DNA from: Myxococcota bacterium
GTDB lineage: Bacteria; Myxococcota_A; UBA9160; UBA6930
Direction: 5' to 3'
Assembly (NCBI GenBank): GCA_965223415.1
Contig: OZ245002.1
Coordinates: forward strand, 5,728,001 to 5,792,000
DNA: 64,000 bases
Below the pieces are notes generated by a model. The model worked only from the letters and a program-made list of their open reading frames with translations. It searched no databases and was not told the origin of the DNA. Position 1 is the first letter of the stretch, and every line of letters begins with the position of its first letter. The position numbers and the translations under genes were made by a program. Shown piece after piece: positions 11,325-19,929 of this stretch.

Positions 11325-12359
11325 GACGCGCACCCCAGCGCGGCCCGCGTCCACGGCGCCCTCCTGGCCCGCGGCCGCGAAGCCCTCCCCACCCGCCACG
11401 GCCGTTTCGTGCTCCACCGCTTCCTCCACCTGGGGCGCGGCGAGACCCTCCTCGCGGCGACGATCGGGGAGCTCGCGGGAGACGAGCCGCTCCTGGCTCG
11501 CGTGCACTCCGCCTGCGTCACGAGCGAGGTGCTCGGCGCCTGCGACTGCGACTGCGCCGCCCAGCTGCAGGCCGCTCTCGGCGAGATCGCCGCCGAAGGG
11601 CGGGGCGTTCTCTTCTACCCCGGTCAGGAGGGACGCGGCGCCGGCCTGGTGGCGAAGGCACGGGATCGCATGCTGGTGCAGGCGAGCCGGGAGCGCATCA
11701 CCACCTTCGAGGCCTACGAGCGCCTGGGCTTGCCCCACGACCCGCGCGGCTACGACGAGATCGCCGACATGCGCGCGCTGCTGGGATGCAGCGCGCCGCT
11801 CCTCCTGCTGACGAACAACCCGGACAAGGTGTCGGGCCTCGACCGGGCCAAGGTGCCCCTGGCGGGCGTTCGGCCCCTGGTGACGGAGCCCTCGCCCTTC
11901 AACCAGCACTACCTGGCCGCGAAGGGACGCGCGGGCCACGAGCTCTCCGCCGCAGACGCCCGCCGGGCGCCGCTTCCCCGCCCGGTGGAAGCGCGGCCGC
12001 CGGCGCACCACGCCCGGGACCCGGACTGGATCCGTGCCGCGGCGTACCTGATCCCCGTGGGCCCCCGGACCGGCGAGCCGCCCTGCTGGATGGAGGCGCA
12101 GGTCTGGCTCGACCTCCGGCGCGGACGGCCACGCCTGCTGCTGGTGGGCCTGGACGGCCCGGGCCCCGTCGGCGGCTGGCTCGGCCAGCGCTGGGCCGAC
12201 CGCTTCGTCGAGGCCCCCGGCCCGCGCGCGGTCCTCGCGGACTGGCTGGGCCGCCTCGCCCGGGACGGCGTCGGCTGCATCGGGCTCCTGGATCCCGGCG
12301 AGTCGGCGCCGGACGGGCCGAGCGAGCGACTGTGGCGGCATCCGGTGACCGGGCCGTGA
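11319..12359 (+). CDS. GTP cyclohydrolase II (RibA)-like protein, atypical active site, C-terminal extension
   Basis: RVHSAC..CDCDC zinc ligands, QEGRG, DPR, LTNNPDK, NQHYL..K..GH. KARDR in place of the canonical KIRAY. Confidence 0.85.
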   Translation: MLDAHPSAARVHGALLARGREALPTRHGRFVLHRFLHLGRGETLLAATIGELAGDEPLLARVHSACVTSEVLGACDCDCAAQLQAALGEIAAEGRGVLFYPGQEGRGAGLVAKARDRMLVQASRERITTFEAYERLGLPHDPRGYDEIADMRALLGCSAPLLLLTNNPDKVSGLDRAKVPLAGVRPLVTEPSPFNQHYLAAKGRAGHELSAADARRAPLPRPVEARPPAHHARDPDWIRAAAYLIPVGPRTGEPPCWMEAQVWLDLRRGRPRLLLVGLDGPGPVGGWLGQRWADRFVEAPGPRAVLADWLGRLARDGVGCIGLLDPGESAPDGPSERLWRHPVTGP

Positions 12360-14185
12360 GCACGACCGCCGAGCTGCGCGCCCGCCTGGAGCAGGTCCCC
12401 GCGCGGCTGGTCGAGGCCGCGCACGACGGGACGACCCTGCCCCGTAGCCTGCGGACGTGCCGCAGGCTGCTCGTGACCGGTGCCGGCAGCTCCGCCGGGC
12501 ACGCGCGCTTCCTCGTCGACGCCCTCGCCGAGGCCCGGCCCGCTCGCTGGCGCCCGCTCACCGCCTTCGCCGCCGGCCCGCCGCCGGACGCGGAGCGCGA
12601 CGGGCTGATCGTCTTCAGCCAGGGCCTCTCGCCGAACGCGTGTCTCGCGCTCCACGGAGCCGAGCGCTTCCGGGCCGTCGTTCTCGTCACCGCCGCCCGG
12701 AACGCCGACGCGGCCACCCGCCGGCGACTCGACGGCCTTCGCGAGCGCGGGGTTTGCGTCGTCGACACGGGGGCCGACGAGGAGCGCGGCAGCCTGGTGC
12801 GGTTGGCGGGACCCGTCCTCGCCTACGCCGCCGCCCTTCGCATCGCCGGAGCCCTGGAGGGCTCCCCGGTCTTCTCGGACGCAGAGGTCGCCGCGGCCCT
12901 CGAGCGAGGCTTCCGGCGTGGCATCGACGAAGTGGGCGGGCTCCCCGACGCCGCCTTCACCGGCGACTTCCTCCTGCTCGGAAGCGGCCTCGACCCGGGC
13001 GCCCGCGACAACCTGCGGCTCAAGCTCGCGGAAGGCCTGCTCGCGACGGTGCCACCGGTGTGCGACCTCCTCGAGTTTCCCCACGGCCCCTTCCAGCAGC
13101 TCTACGGGCGGGACGCCACCCTGCTCGCCCTCGCCGATCCGGGCGACCCGGCGGGCGCGGCGCTCCTGCCCCGGGTCGCCGGGATGCTCACGCCGGCGCA
13201 GCGGCTGATCGAGGTGCCCGCCGCGCTTCCGGGGCGGCTCTCGGTCTTCGAGCACGAGATCTGGCTCGGCTGCTTCACCCTGGAGGGCATGGAGCGGCGG
13301 GGCATCGACGCGGCCCGCTGGCCGGGCCGCGGCCTTGACGAGCCGCTCTACGAGCTGGCGGCCCCGGTGGCGGCGCCAGCGTCGGCGGCCGCGCCGCAGC
13401 CCGACCCGGCGCGTCGTCGCCTCGAGCACTTGACCTGGCCCGAGCTGGAGCGTCTGCGCGAGGCGGGCCCCCTCACGGCCGTGATCGCGCTGGGCTCGAC
13501 GGAGCAGCACGGCCCGCACCTCCCGTTCGGAACCGACACCTGGATCGCCGACGCCCTGGCCGAGCGCTTCTGCGCGCGGGTGCCCGAGGCCGTCGCCCTC
13601 CCGGCCGTGCCCTTCGGCTGCGCACGAGAGCACATGGCCTTCCCCGGAACCCTCGACCTGGGCGAGGATCACCTGACCGGGCTGCTCGTCGACCTGCTCC
13701 GCTCGCTGGCGCACCACGGCTTCGCCCGGGCCTACGTCTTCTCGGCGCACGGCGGGAACGTGGAGCTCCTGCGCCGCAGCCAGGAAGGCCTCGCCGCGAG
13801 CGCCCCTTCCCTGGCGCTCCACGTCTCCACCGATCACCGGCGCCTGAACGAGGCGCTCCTTGCGGTCGCCGCCGACCAGGGCGTCGCCGCGTCGGCCGCC
13901 GGGCTCCACGCGGGCGAGCTCGAGGCTTCGATCATCGCCGGCCTCGCGCCCGGGGCCCTGCGGCGGGCGGAGGCGCGGCCGGGCTACCGGGAGCCGGTCG
14001 ACGACGCCCGCGCCCTCTTCTACCCGAGCCTCCGCGACCATGCGCCGGACGGGACGGTCGGCGATCCCACCGCCGCCTCAGCGGCCCGCGCCGAGCGCTA
14101 CCTCGAGACGTGGGCCGAGCTCCTGGTCGCGGACTACCGGGCCCGGAAGAACGCCCAGTGCACGAAGGGCACGAAGAAGGCGTAG
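12356..14185 (+). CDS. SIS (sugar isomerase)-creatininase/amidohydrolase fusion
   Basis: GTGA overlap with the upstream gene. SIS-type TGAGSS, FSQGLS, KLAEG and EFPHGP motifs, then creatininase motifs EQHGPHLPFGTD, AHGGN and HAGELE. Confidence 0.85.
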   Translation: MSTTAELRARLEQVPARLVEAAHDGTTLPRSLRTCRRLLVTGAGSSAGHARFLVDALAEARPARWRPLTAFAAGPPPDAERDGLIVFSQGLSPNACLALHGAERFRAVVLVTAARNADAATRRRLDGLRERGVCVVDTGADEERGSLVRLAGPVLAYAAALRIAGALEGSPVFSDAEVAAALERGFRRGIDEVGGLPDAAFTGDFLLLGSGLDPGARDNLRLKLAEGLLATVPPVCDLLEFPHGPFQQLYGRDATLLALADPGDPAGAALLPRVAGMLTPAQRLIEVPAALPGRLSVFEHEIWLGCFTLEGMERRGIDAARWPGRGLDEPLYELAAPVAAPASAAAPQPDPARRRLEHLTWPELERLREAGPLTAVIALGSTEQHGPHLPFGTDTWIADALAERFCARVPEAVALPAVPFGCAREHMAFPGTLDLGEDHLTGLLVDLLRSLAHHGFARAYVFSAHGGNVELLRRSQEGLAASAPSLALHVSTDHRRLNEALLAVAADQGVAASAAGLHAGELEASIIAGLAPGALRRAEARPGYREPVDDARALFYPSLRDHAPDGTVGDPTAASAARAERYLETWAELLVADYRARKNAQCTKGTKKA

Positions 14186-14841
14186 TAGAGCTGGTTCGGG
14201 ACGAGCCGGATCGCCCAGCCCTCGTCCAGCCCGGCCAGGATCATCACGTCCGCCGAGGCCCACAGGCCGTAGTAGGCGACGACGTAGCCGAGCACCGCGC
14301 GCAGGAAGGCCGCGCGGGCCCCGCCCTCGCCGAGACGTCCGGGCACGACGCGGCGGGCGAGCACGAGGGAGACGACGACGAAGGCGCTCTCGTGGACGAG
14401 CCACAGCACCTGGTTCGGCACCTCGCCGAGCGCACGGGCAAGGGCGAGCTCGACGACGAAGGCGAATACCGGCACCAACGCCGTGAGGCCCGCCGCGCGC
14501 GCCGCCGAGCGCCCGGGGCCGCCGCCGGGCGCCAGGAGGTGCAGGACGAGCCAATACACGCGGAAGTCGCCCAGCAGCACGAACGAGAGGCCGAGGGCGG
14601 TCGAGACCGTCTCGCTCCCCGCGGCCGTCGCAATCGGCCCGGTGGCCACCGGGTCGAGCATCGTCTCGGCGGCGAAGAGCAGGAGCCAGCCGGACACGAA
14701 GCCCGCCTGGGCCGGCGCGGCCCCGCCGCGCGGCGGTTCCGTGGCCGCGCGCATCGCCAGGTAGGCGAAGGGCACCACGAGCAGCGCCCAGGGCCATTGC
14801 CAGGACGCGTAGTAGAAGGTCTGCCAGCTAGACGCGTCCAA
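14134..14841 (-). CDS. Hypothetical multi-pass membrane protein
   Basis: TTG start behind GGAGG; about 6-7 hydrophobic segments; overlaps the stop of the carF-like gene. Confidence 0.7.
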   Translation of the reverse strand: MDASSWQTFYYASWQWPWALLVVPFAYLAMRAATEPPRGGAAPAQAGFVSGWLLLFAAETMLDPVATGPIATAAGSETVSTALGLSFVLLGDFRVYWLVLHLLAPGGGPGRSAARAAGLTALVPVFAFVVELALARALGEVPNQVLWLVHESAFVVVSLVLARRVVPGRLGEGGARAAFLRAVLGYVVAYYGLWASADVMILAGLDEGWAIRLVPNQLYYAFFVPFVHWAFFRAR

Positions 14842-15499
14842 CGCCCGCCTCCCGGTGCTCGTGCCGCCGACGCGGCTCGAGGGCGCGGAACAGGCCGAGC
14901 CGGTCGACGAGCGGGTTCATCCAGCCGGTCACGACACAGAAATGCGTCGCGTGGGCGCCGCGATGGTGGCGGGCGTGGTGCCGCGGCGGAAGCAGCAGGT
15001 GGTAGCGCTGGAGCCAGGCGAGGGGCGCCGGCACCCGCGGCAGGTGCGCCCAGCGATGGATGGGGTTGCTGAAGAGCGCCGCCAGGGCCAAGGTGCCCAG
15101 CGCCCCGAGGCCGCCGCTGGCCAGCCCGGAGGTGCCGAAGGCGGGTGCCAGCCAGGCGCCGAGGGCGACCACCGGCAGCAGGGCCAGGGCGTTGTTGCCC
15201 GTCACCTCCACGAAGCCGTGGCGGGTGATGCCCAGCGGGTCCACGTGGTGCTCCCGAAACGGCTGGATCACGGCGCGCCCGATCCACGGGGTGTCGGCGT
15301 CGAAACAGCGGTCCCCCAGCCAGTGGACGAAGCCTGTCGCGAGGTCCGCCGCCGCGACGCCGGCCAACGCGCCGACGAGGATCCAGGGGGCGTGGGCTGC
15401 GCCAGGGAGCGGACCCAGGCGCAGCGCGGCCGCCGACGAGAGCAGCGCGAAGGCCAGGAGCGAGGCACCGTCCAGGACGCGAAGCCAGGGGGGTCGCAC
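14828..15499 (-). CDS. carF: CarF/TMEM189(PEDS1)-family lipid desaturase (plasmanylethanolamine desaturase-like)
   Basis: His motifs D..TGFVHWLGD, FREHH.DP..IT.H, IHRWAH, HHARHH, FCVVTGWMN. Confidence 0.85.
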   Translation of the reverse strand: MRPPWLRVLDGASLLAFALLSSAAALRLGPLPGAAHAPWILVGALAGVAAADLATGFVHWLGDRCFDADTPWIGRAVIQPFREHHVDPLGITRHGFVEVTGNNALALLPVVALGAWLAPAFGTSGLASGGLGALGTLALAALFSNPIHRWAHLPRVPAPLAWLQRYHLLLPPRHHARHHRGAHATHFCVVTGWMNPLVDRLGLFRALEPRRRHEHREAGVGRV

Positions 15500-15541
15500 G
15501 ACTCGCAGGGTAGACCGGCCCCGGACACGGCGCTCACGCCG

Positions 15542-15571
15542 AAACGCCCCCGTCCGCCAGAACGGGGGCGT
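15542..15571 (-). terminator. Intrinsic terminator-like hairpin
   Basis: Minus strand ACGCCCCCGT-TCTGGCGG-ACGGGGGCGT-TTC, downstream of the lipoprotein gene; short U tract. Confidence 0.6.
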
Positions 15572-15587
15572 CGGTGAAGAGCCTCGC

Positions 15588-15676
15588 GGCAGCTAGAAGC
15601 GGACGCTCCGGTGCCCCGCTAGGCAGCTAGAAGCGGACGCTCCGGTGCCCTGCTAGGCAGCTAGAAGCCGACGCTC
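15588..15676. repeat. 34-bp tandem repeat, about 2.6 copies
   Basis: GGCAGCTAGAAGCGGACGCTCCGGTGCCC(C/T)GCTA twice, plus partial GGCAGCTAGAAGCCGACGCTC overlapping the gene stop. Confidence 0.9.
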
Positions 15677-16053
15677 TCGCTGCCGAGCTGGCGGGTGAAG
15701 TAGTTCACCTCCACCACCTTGCCGTTGCCGCCGAAGTACACGTCGCAGGTGTAGGCCTGGCCCTTCGACGCGCCCGCGCCCGCACCGATGAACGGGATCG
15801 GGATCGGGATGCCGACGCCGGTGTTCTGGACGTACTCGAAGTGCCAGTGCTCGCGGCCGCCGGACTTGCCGGTGGCGCGCGGCTCGGCCTCGAGGATCTG
15901 GAGCACCTGGTCCTTGCTCATCCCCTTCTTGAGGGTCGCGGCGTTGTCGTAGTTGAACTGGTTGCCCGAGCGCGTGAGCCCGAGGCTCGCGCAGCCCAGG
16001 CTGGAGGCGAGCAGGAAAGCGGTGATCAGAGCGACCCCTCGGGTCTTGGTCAT
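15661..16053 (-). CDS. SmpA/OmlA (BamE-like) lipoprotein
   Basis: AAGGAGG RBS; lipobox SLGC; LKKGMSKDQVLQIL..P...W..EY pattern. Confidence 0.75.
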   Translation of the reverse strand: MTKTRGVALITAFLLASSLGCASLGLTRSGNQFNYDNAATLKKGMSKDQVLQILEAEPRATGKSGGREHWHFEYVQNTGVGIPIPIPFIGAGAGASKGQAYTCDVYFGGNGKVVEVNYFTRQLGSESVGF

Positions 16054-16192
16054 GGCCGAAGCCTCCTTGGCGCAGTGGCGGTGATGTGCCGGTCCTATCG
16101 GGTCGCGCCGAACCGAGCTTGACGGCGACGCGCAGCTCCCGCTGGAACCCCTCAGGATCATTTCAAATTTCCCGGGCAGGGCAACCGGGCTC

Positions 16193-16966
16193 CTAGGACT
16201 CGAAGCTGCCGTGGCGGCCGGCCCCTTCCCGGAAGCGGGTGGCACCCTCGCGGGTCTCGCCGCTGCGGATCACGTCCCAGCCGAGCTCGTACTCGGCCAG
16301 GAGCGCCTCGGGCACCGGCTTGTTCCACTGCTGCAGGGCGGAGATCCGGTCGGCCCGCATGCAGCGCTCCGGGAAGCCCGCGATCTCGCGAGCCAGGGCT
16401 TCAGCGGCCCGCCGCGCGTCGCCGTCGGGCACGACCCGATCCGCCAGTCCGATGCGGAGGGCCTCCACGGCGCTCACGGGCCGGCCGGTCAGGATCAGGT
16501 CCATGGCGCGACCGTGGCCCACGATGCGGGGCAGGCGGACCGTGCCCCCGTCCACCAGGGGCACGCCCCAGCGGCGGCAGAAGACCCCGAAGGTCGCGCT
16601 CGCCTCCATCACGCGCAGATCGCACCACACCGCGAGCTCGAGCCCGCCCGCCACGGCATGGCCCGCCACCGCCGCGATCACCGGCTTCGAGAGCTCCATG
16701 CGCGTGGGCCCCATCGGCCCGTCGCCCTCGCGCAGCACCAGGTTGGCGTTGCCTGCGGCGGCGGAAACCTCCTTCAGGTCGGCTCCGGCACAAAAGGTGC
16801 CGTGCTCGCCGAACAGCACCGCCACCTTCGCGTCATCGTCGGCCTCGAAGGCGCGGAAGGCGTCGGCCAGCGCCCGGGCGTGCTCCCGGTCGACCGCGTT
16901 GCGCCGCTCCTTGCGGTCCATCACCACGGTGAACACCGGCCCGTCCCGCTCGGTTCGAATGGCCAC
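16193..16966 (-). CDS. Enoyl-CoA hydratase/crotonase family protein
   Basis: FCAGADLKE, KPVIAAVAGHAVAGGLELA, GVFCRRWGVPLVDGG. Confidence 0.92.
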   Translation of the reverse strand: MAIRTERDGPVFTVVMDRKERRNAVDREHARALADAFRAFEADDDAKVAVLFGEHGTFCAGADLKEVSAAAGNANLVLREGDGPMGPTRMELSKPVIAAVAGHAVAGGLELAVWCDLRVMEASATFGVFCRRWGVPLVDGGTVRLPRIVGHGRAMDLILTGRPVSAVEALRIGLADRVVPDGDARRAAEALAREIAGFPERCMRADRISALQQWNKPVPEALLAEYELGWDVIRSGETREGATRFREGAGRHGSFES

Positions 16967-18228
16967 TAGGCCGTCACCTCCCGGGGCGCGCCGCGGGCGA
17001 CGCGCACCCGCGTGATGCGGCTGCCGGACACGCCGGCGACCGTGACCGTGAAGCCCTCGAGATCCGCCCGGTCCCCCTGCTTGGGGGCGTGACCGAGGGT
17101 GTTGAAGACGAGGCCACCCAGCGAGTCGCCGCGTTCGGCGGGCACGTCCCAGCCGGTCTCCCGGTTGAAGTCCAGCACCTTGACCCGGCCCAGGGCTTCG
17201 TAGGTGCCGTCGCCGGTCTGGCGGATGGTCTGCAGCTCTTCCCGGTCGAACTCGTCGCGGATCTCGCCGACGATCTCCTCCAGGATGTCCTCGGCGGTGC
17301 ACAGGCCCAGGGTCACGCCGAACTCGTCCTTCACCAGGGCCATGTGCATGAAGCCGCGCTGCATCTCCTGGAGGAGCCGCAGGATCGGCTTTCGCTCCGG
17401 CACCCGCAGCACCGGCTTCAGGATGCCGACCACCTGGGTGCCACCCTCACGCACGAGCTCGATCAGATCCTTCAGGTGGACGACGCCGGCGACGTCGTCG
17501 ATGTCCTCCCGGTAGATCGGCACCCGCGTGTAGCGCTCCTCGAGCACCTTCTCGAGCAGCTCGACCGGCGGCATCGAGTCGGGGAAGGCCACGATCTCGG
17601 TGCGCGGCACCATGATCTCCTCCACCGTCATGTCGGCCGCGCCGGCGGTGGCACCGATGATGGCCAGCGGCGTGCCCTCGGGCTTGCCGTTCGCGTTGGC
17701 GCGGGCGACGCGCAGCACCGCCTCGGTGGCAGCGGCGGCATCGGTGCTCTCCTGCCCGCCCACACGGCGCACCACCGGCTCCACCAGCCGGTCGAAGACC
17801 GCGTGCACCGGGCGCAGCGCCTGGTGCAGCACGTAGATGGGGAGCGCGACGCCGAAGCCGATGCGGCGCGGGTGGCTGGCCGCGGCGGCCTTCGGAAGCA
17901 CCTCGCAGAAGACGAGCACGAGGATCGTCATCACCACCGTGGACACGAGGATGCCCGTGCGATCCCCCAGCGTGTGGATCGCCAGGGCGGAGGCCGCACT
18001 CGCGCCGAGGATGTTCACGAGGTTGTTGCCGAGCAGGATCGTGACGAGCAGGCGTGAGGTGTGGTCGAGCAGGTCCCGGGCCGCCAGGGCGGCCGGACCG
18101 CGCAACGCCTTCACCTCCTCCTCCAGCTCGTGGGGGCCCAGCCGCAGCAGCGCCGTCTCGCTGCCGGAGAAGAACGCCGACAGGAGCAGACACACCACGA
18201 CCAGGATCACCAGGGACAAGGCATCCAT
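16966..18228 (-). CDS. HlyC/CorC (CNNM-CBS-CorC) family metal transporter
   Basis: SAFFSGSETA, ILLGNNLVN, EVLPK, IMVPRTEI, TRVPIY, EDILEEIVGEIRDEFD. Confidence 0.92.
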   Translation of the reverse strand: MDALSLVILVVVCLLLSAFFSGSETALLRLGPHELEEEVKALRGPAALAARDLLDHTSRLLVTILLGNNLVNILGASAASALAIHTLGDRTGILVSTVVMTILVLVFCEVLPKAAAASHPRRIGFGVALPIYVLHQALRPVHAVFDRLVEPVVRRVGGQESTDAAAATEAVLRVARANANGKPEGTPLAIIGATAGAADMTVEEIMVPRTEIVAFPDSMPPVELLEKVLEERYTRVPIYREDIDDVAGVVHLKDLIELVREGGTQVVGILKPVLRVPERKPILRLLQEMQRGFMHMALVKDEFGVTLGLCTAEDILEEIVGEIRDEFDREELQTIRQTGDGTYEALGRVKVLDFNRETGWDVPAERGDSLGGLVFNTLGHAPKQGDRADLEGFTVTVAGVSGSRITRVRVARGAPREVTA

Positions 18229-18397
18229 GGGACCTCCTCCGGTCTGCCCACGGGAGGTGGACAGCCGAGTGAGCGAGCGCCGCCGGGATCGCGGTTCGCG
18301 GGATTCGCTGGGAACCGGGACCGGTGGGTCTTTGGGGGCGACGCGTGCATCGACTCCCCAAGGCTAGGGCGGCGCCGGGGCGCCGGCAAATGGGCCC

Positions 18398-18646
18398 TCA
18401 GAAGCCCACCCCGATGCGGTCGTACCAACGCTCCCTGCGCCAGCCGCGGCGATGCATGCAGCGGTCCATGCGCTCCCGGTCCACGCTCCCGTCGTCCAGA
18501 TCCGTGAGCTGGTGACACACCTTCCGGGCCTCGCGGAAGCGGCCCTCCCGCCCCTTGGGCACGTGCCAGGGGTTCGGGGGGCCGGTCGCGCAGGCGGCGG
18601 CCAGGGTGAGCAGCGCCAGAAGCGCTGCAGCGTGGCGGCGGTGCAT
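18398..18646 (-). CDS. Small putative lipoprotein
   Basis: Lipobox AAAC; C..(CM..RGW) pattern; starts 4 bp after the upstream stop. Confidence 0.65.
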   Translation of the reverse strand: MHRRHAAALLALLTLAAACATGPPNPWHVPKGREGRFREARKVCHQLTDLDDGSVDRERMDRCMHRRGWRRERWYDRIGVGF

Positions 18647-18649
18647 CCC

Positions 18650-19894
18650 CTACTTGCCGGACCCGCTGGGAACGTCCCGGAAGGGGATGCCCTTGTCGGC
18701 CCGGTGCTCGCCAGGCAGCCCCAGCACGCGCTCGGCGATCACGTTCTTCAGGATCTCGTCCGTGCCACCGGCGATGCGGATGCCGGGGGAGCCCAGGTAG
18801 CTCTCCTGCCAGATCGCCTCCATCGGGACGGCCGACGGGTCCATGACCCCGCCCATGGCGCCTTGCAGCTCCATGGCGAAGGCCGCCAGCTCCTGACTGA
18901 ACGGGGCACCGACCGCCTTGCCGATCGAGCCTTCGGGTCCCGGCGTGGCGCCGCGGGAGAGCGCGGAGAGCGTCCGGTAGCCGGTGTACTTGAGGCCGGT
19001 CGAGGTGATGAAGGCGTCCGCCAGGCGCTGGCGCACCGAGCTGTCCTCGAGGGCCGGGCGTCCGTTCTTCTGGCACGAAGCCGCCAGACGGAAGAGATCC
19101 TTCGTCCGCCCCGCGCCGCCGCCGGCGCCGATCGAGACGCGCTCGTTCATCAGCGTGGTGATGGCCACCTGCCAGCCCTGGCCCACCGCCCCGAGCTGGT
19201 TCTCCGCCGGCACCCGCACGTCCGTGAAGAACACCTCGTTGAAGCCGGCGCCGCCGTTGATCTGCTTGATCGGCCGGCACTCGACGCCCGGGGCGTGCAT
19301 GTCGACGATGAAGTAGGTGAGGCCGTCGTGCTTCGGCACGTCCGGGTCCGTGCGGGTGACGATCATGCCCCAGTCGCAGAAGTGGGCGCCTGTGCTCCAG
19401 ATCTTCTGGCCGTTGATCACCCACTCGTCGCCGTCGCGCACCGCGGTGGTGCGCAGGCCCGCGAGGTCCGAGCCCGCCGCCGGCTCGCTGAAGAGCTGGC
19501 ACCAGACGACCTGTCCGCGGGCCATCTCCTTCAGGTACTTGTCCTTCTGCTCGTCCGTGCCATGGGCCATCAAGGTGGGTCCGAGCATCCCGTGGCCGAT
19601 GCCGTAGATGGCGGCCGGCGTGCGGAACTTGGCCTCCTCCTGGTTGAAGACCACGTTCTCGAGCCGGCCCAGGCCCTGGCCGCCGTACTCCTTCGGCCAG
19701 GTCAGGACCGCCCAGCCGCTGTCGTATTTCGTGGCCTGCCATTCCTTGGCCTTCTTGATCGCGTCCGCGTCCTCCCGCTCGCCCAGCAGACCGGGAGAGG
19801 TCTGGTTCGGGTCGAGGGGCTCGAGGTGCTGCTCGAGGAAGGCGCGGGCCTTGGCGCGGAACTCGGCTTCCTGGGGGGTATCGTCGAAATCCAT
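18650..19894 (-). CDS. Acyl-CoA dehydrogenase (catalytic subunit)
   Basis: WCQLFSEPAAGSDLA, NGQKIWST, FNEVFF, IAGGTDEI. Confidence 0.93.
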   Translation of the reverse strand: MDFDDTPQEAEFRAKARAFLEQHLEPLDPNQTSPGLLGEREDADAIKKAKEWQATKYDSGWAVLTWPKEYGGQGLGRLENVVFNQEEAKFRTPAAIYGIGHGMLGPTLMAHGTDEQKDKYLKEMARGQVVWCQLFSEPAAGSDLAGLRTTAVRDGDEWVINGQKIWSTGAHFCDWGMIVTRTDPDVPKHDGLTYFIVDMHAPGVECRPIKQINGGAGFNEVFFTDVRVPAENQLGAVGQGWQVAITTLMNERVSIGAGGGAGRTKDLFRLAASCQKNGRPALEDSSVRQRLADAFITSTGLKYTGYRTLSALSRGATPGPEGSIGKAVGAPFSQELAAFAMELQGAMGGVMDPSAVPMEAIWQESYLGSPGIRIAGGTDEILKNVIAERVLGLPGEHRADKGIPFRDVPSGSGK

Positions 19895-19929
19895 GGTGGT
19901 TCTCCGTCGAAGTCGTTGGTTCGGCCTTG

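Noticed and set aside
15588..15676. CRISPR array
   Set aside because: Units are contiguous with no unique spacers, and there are no cas genes.
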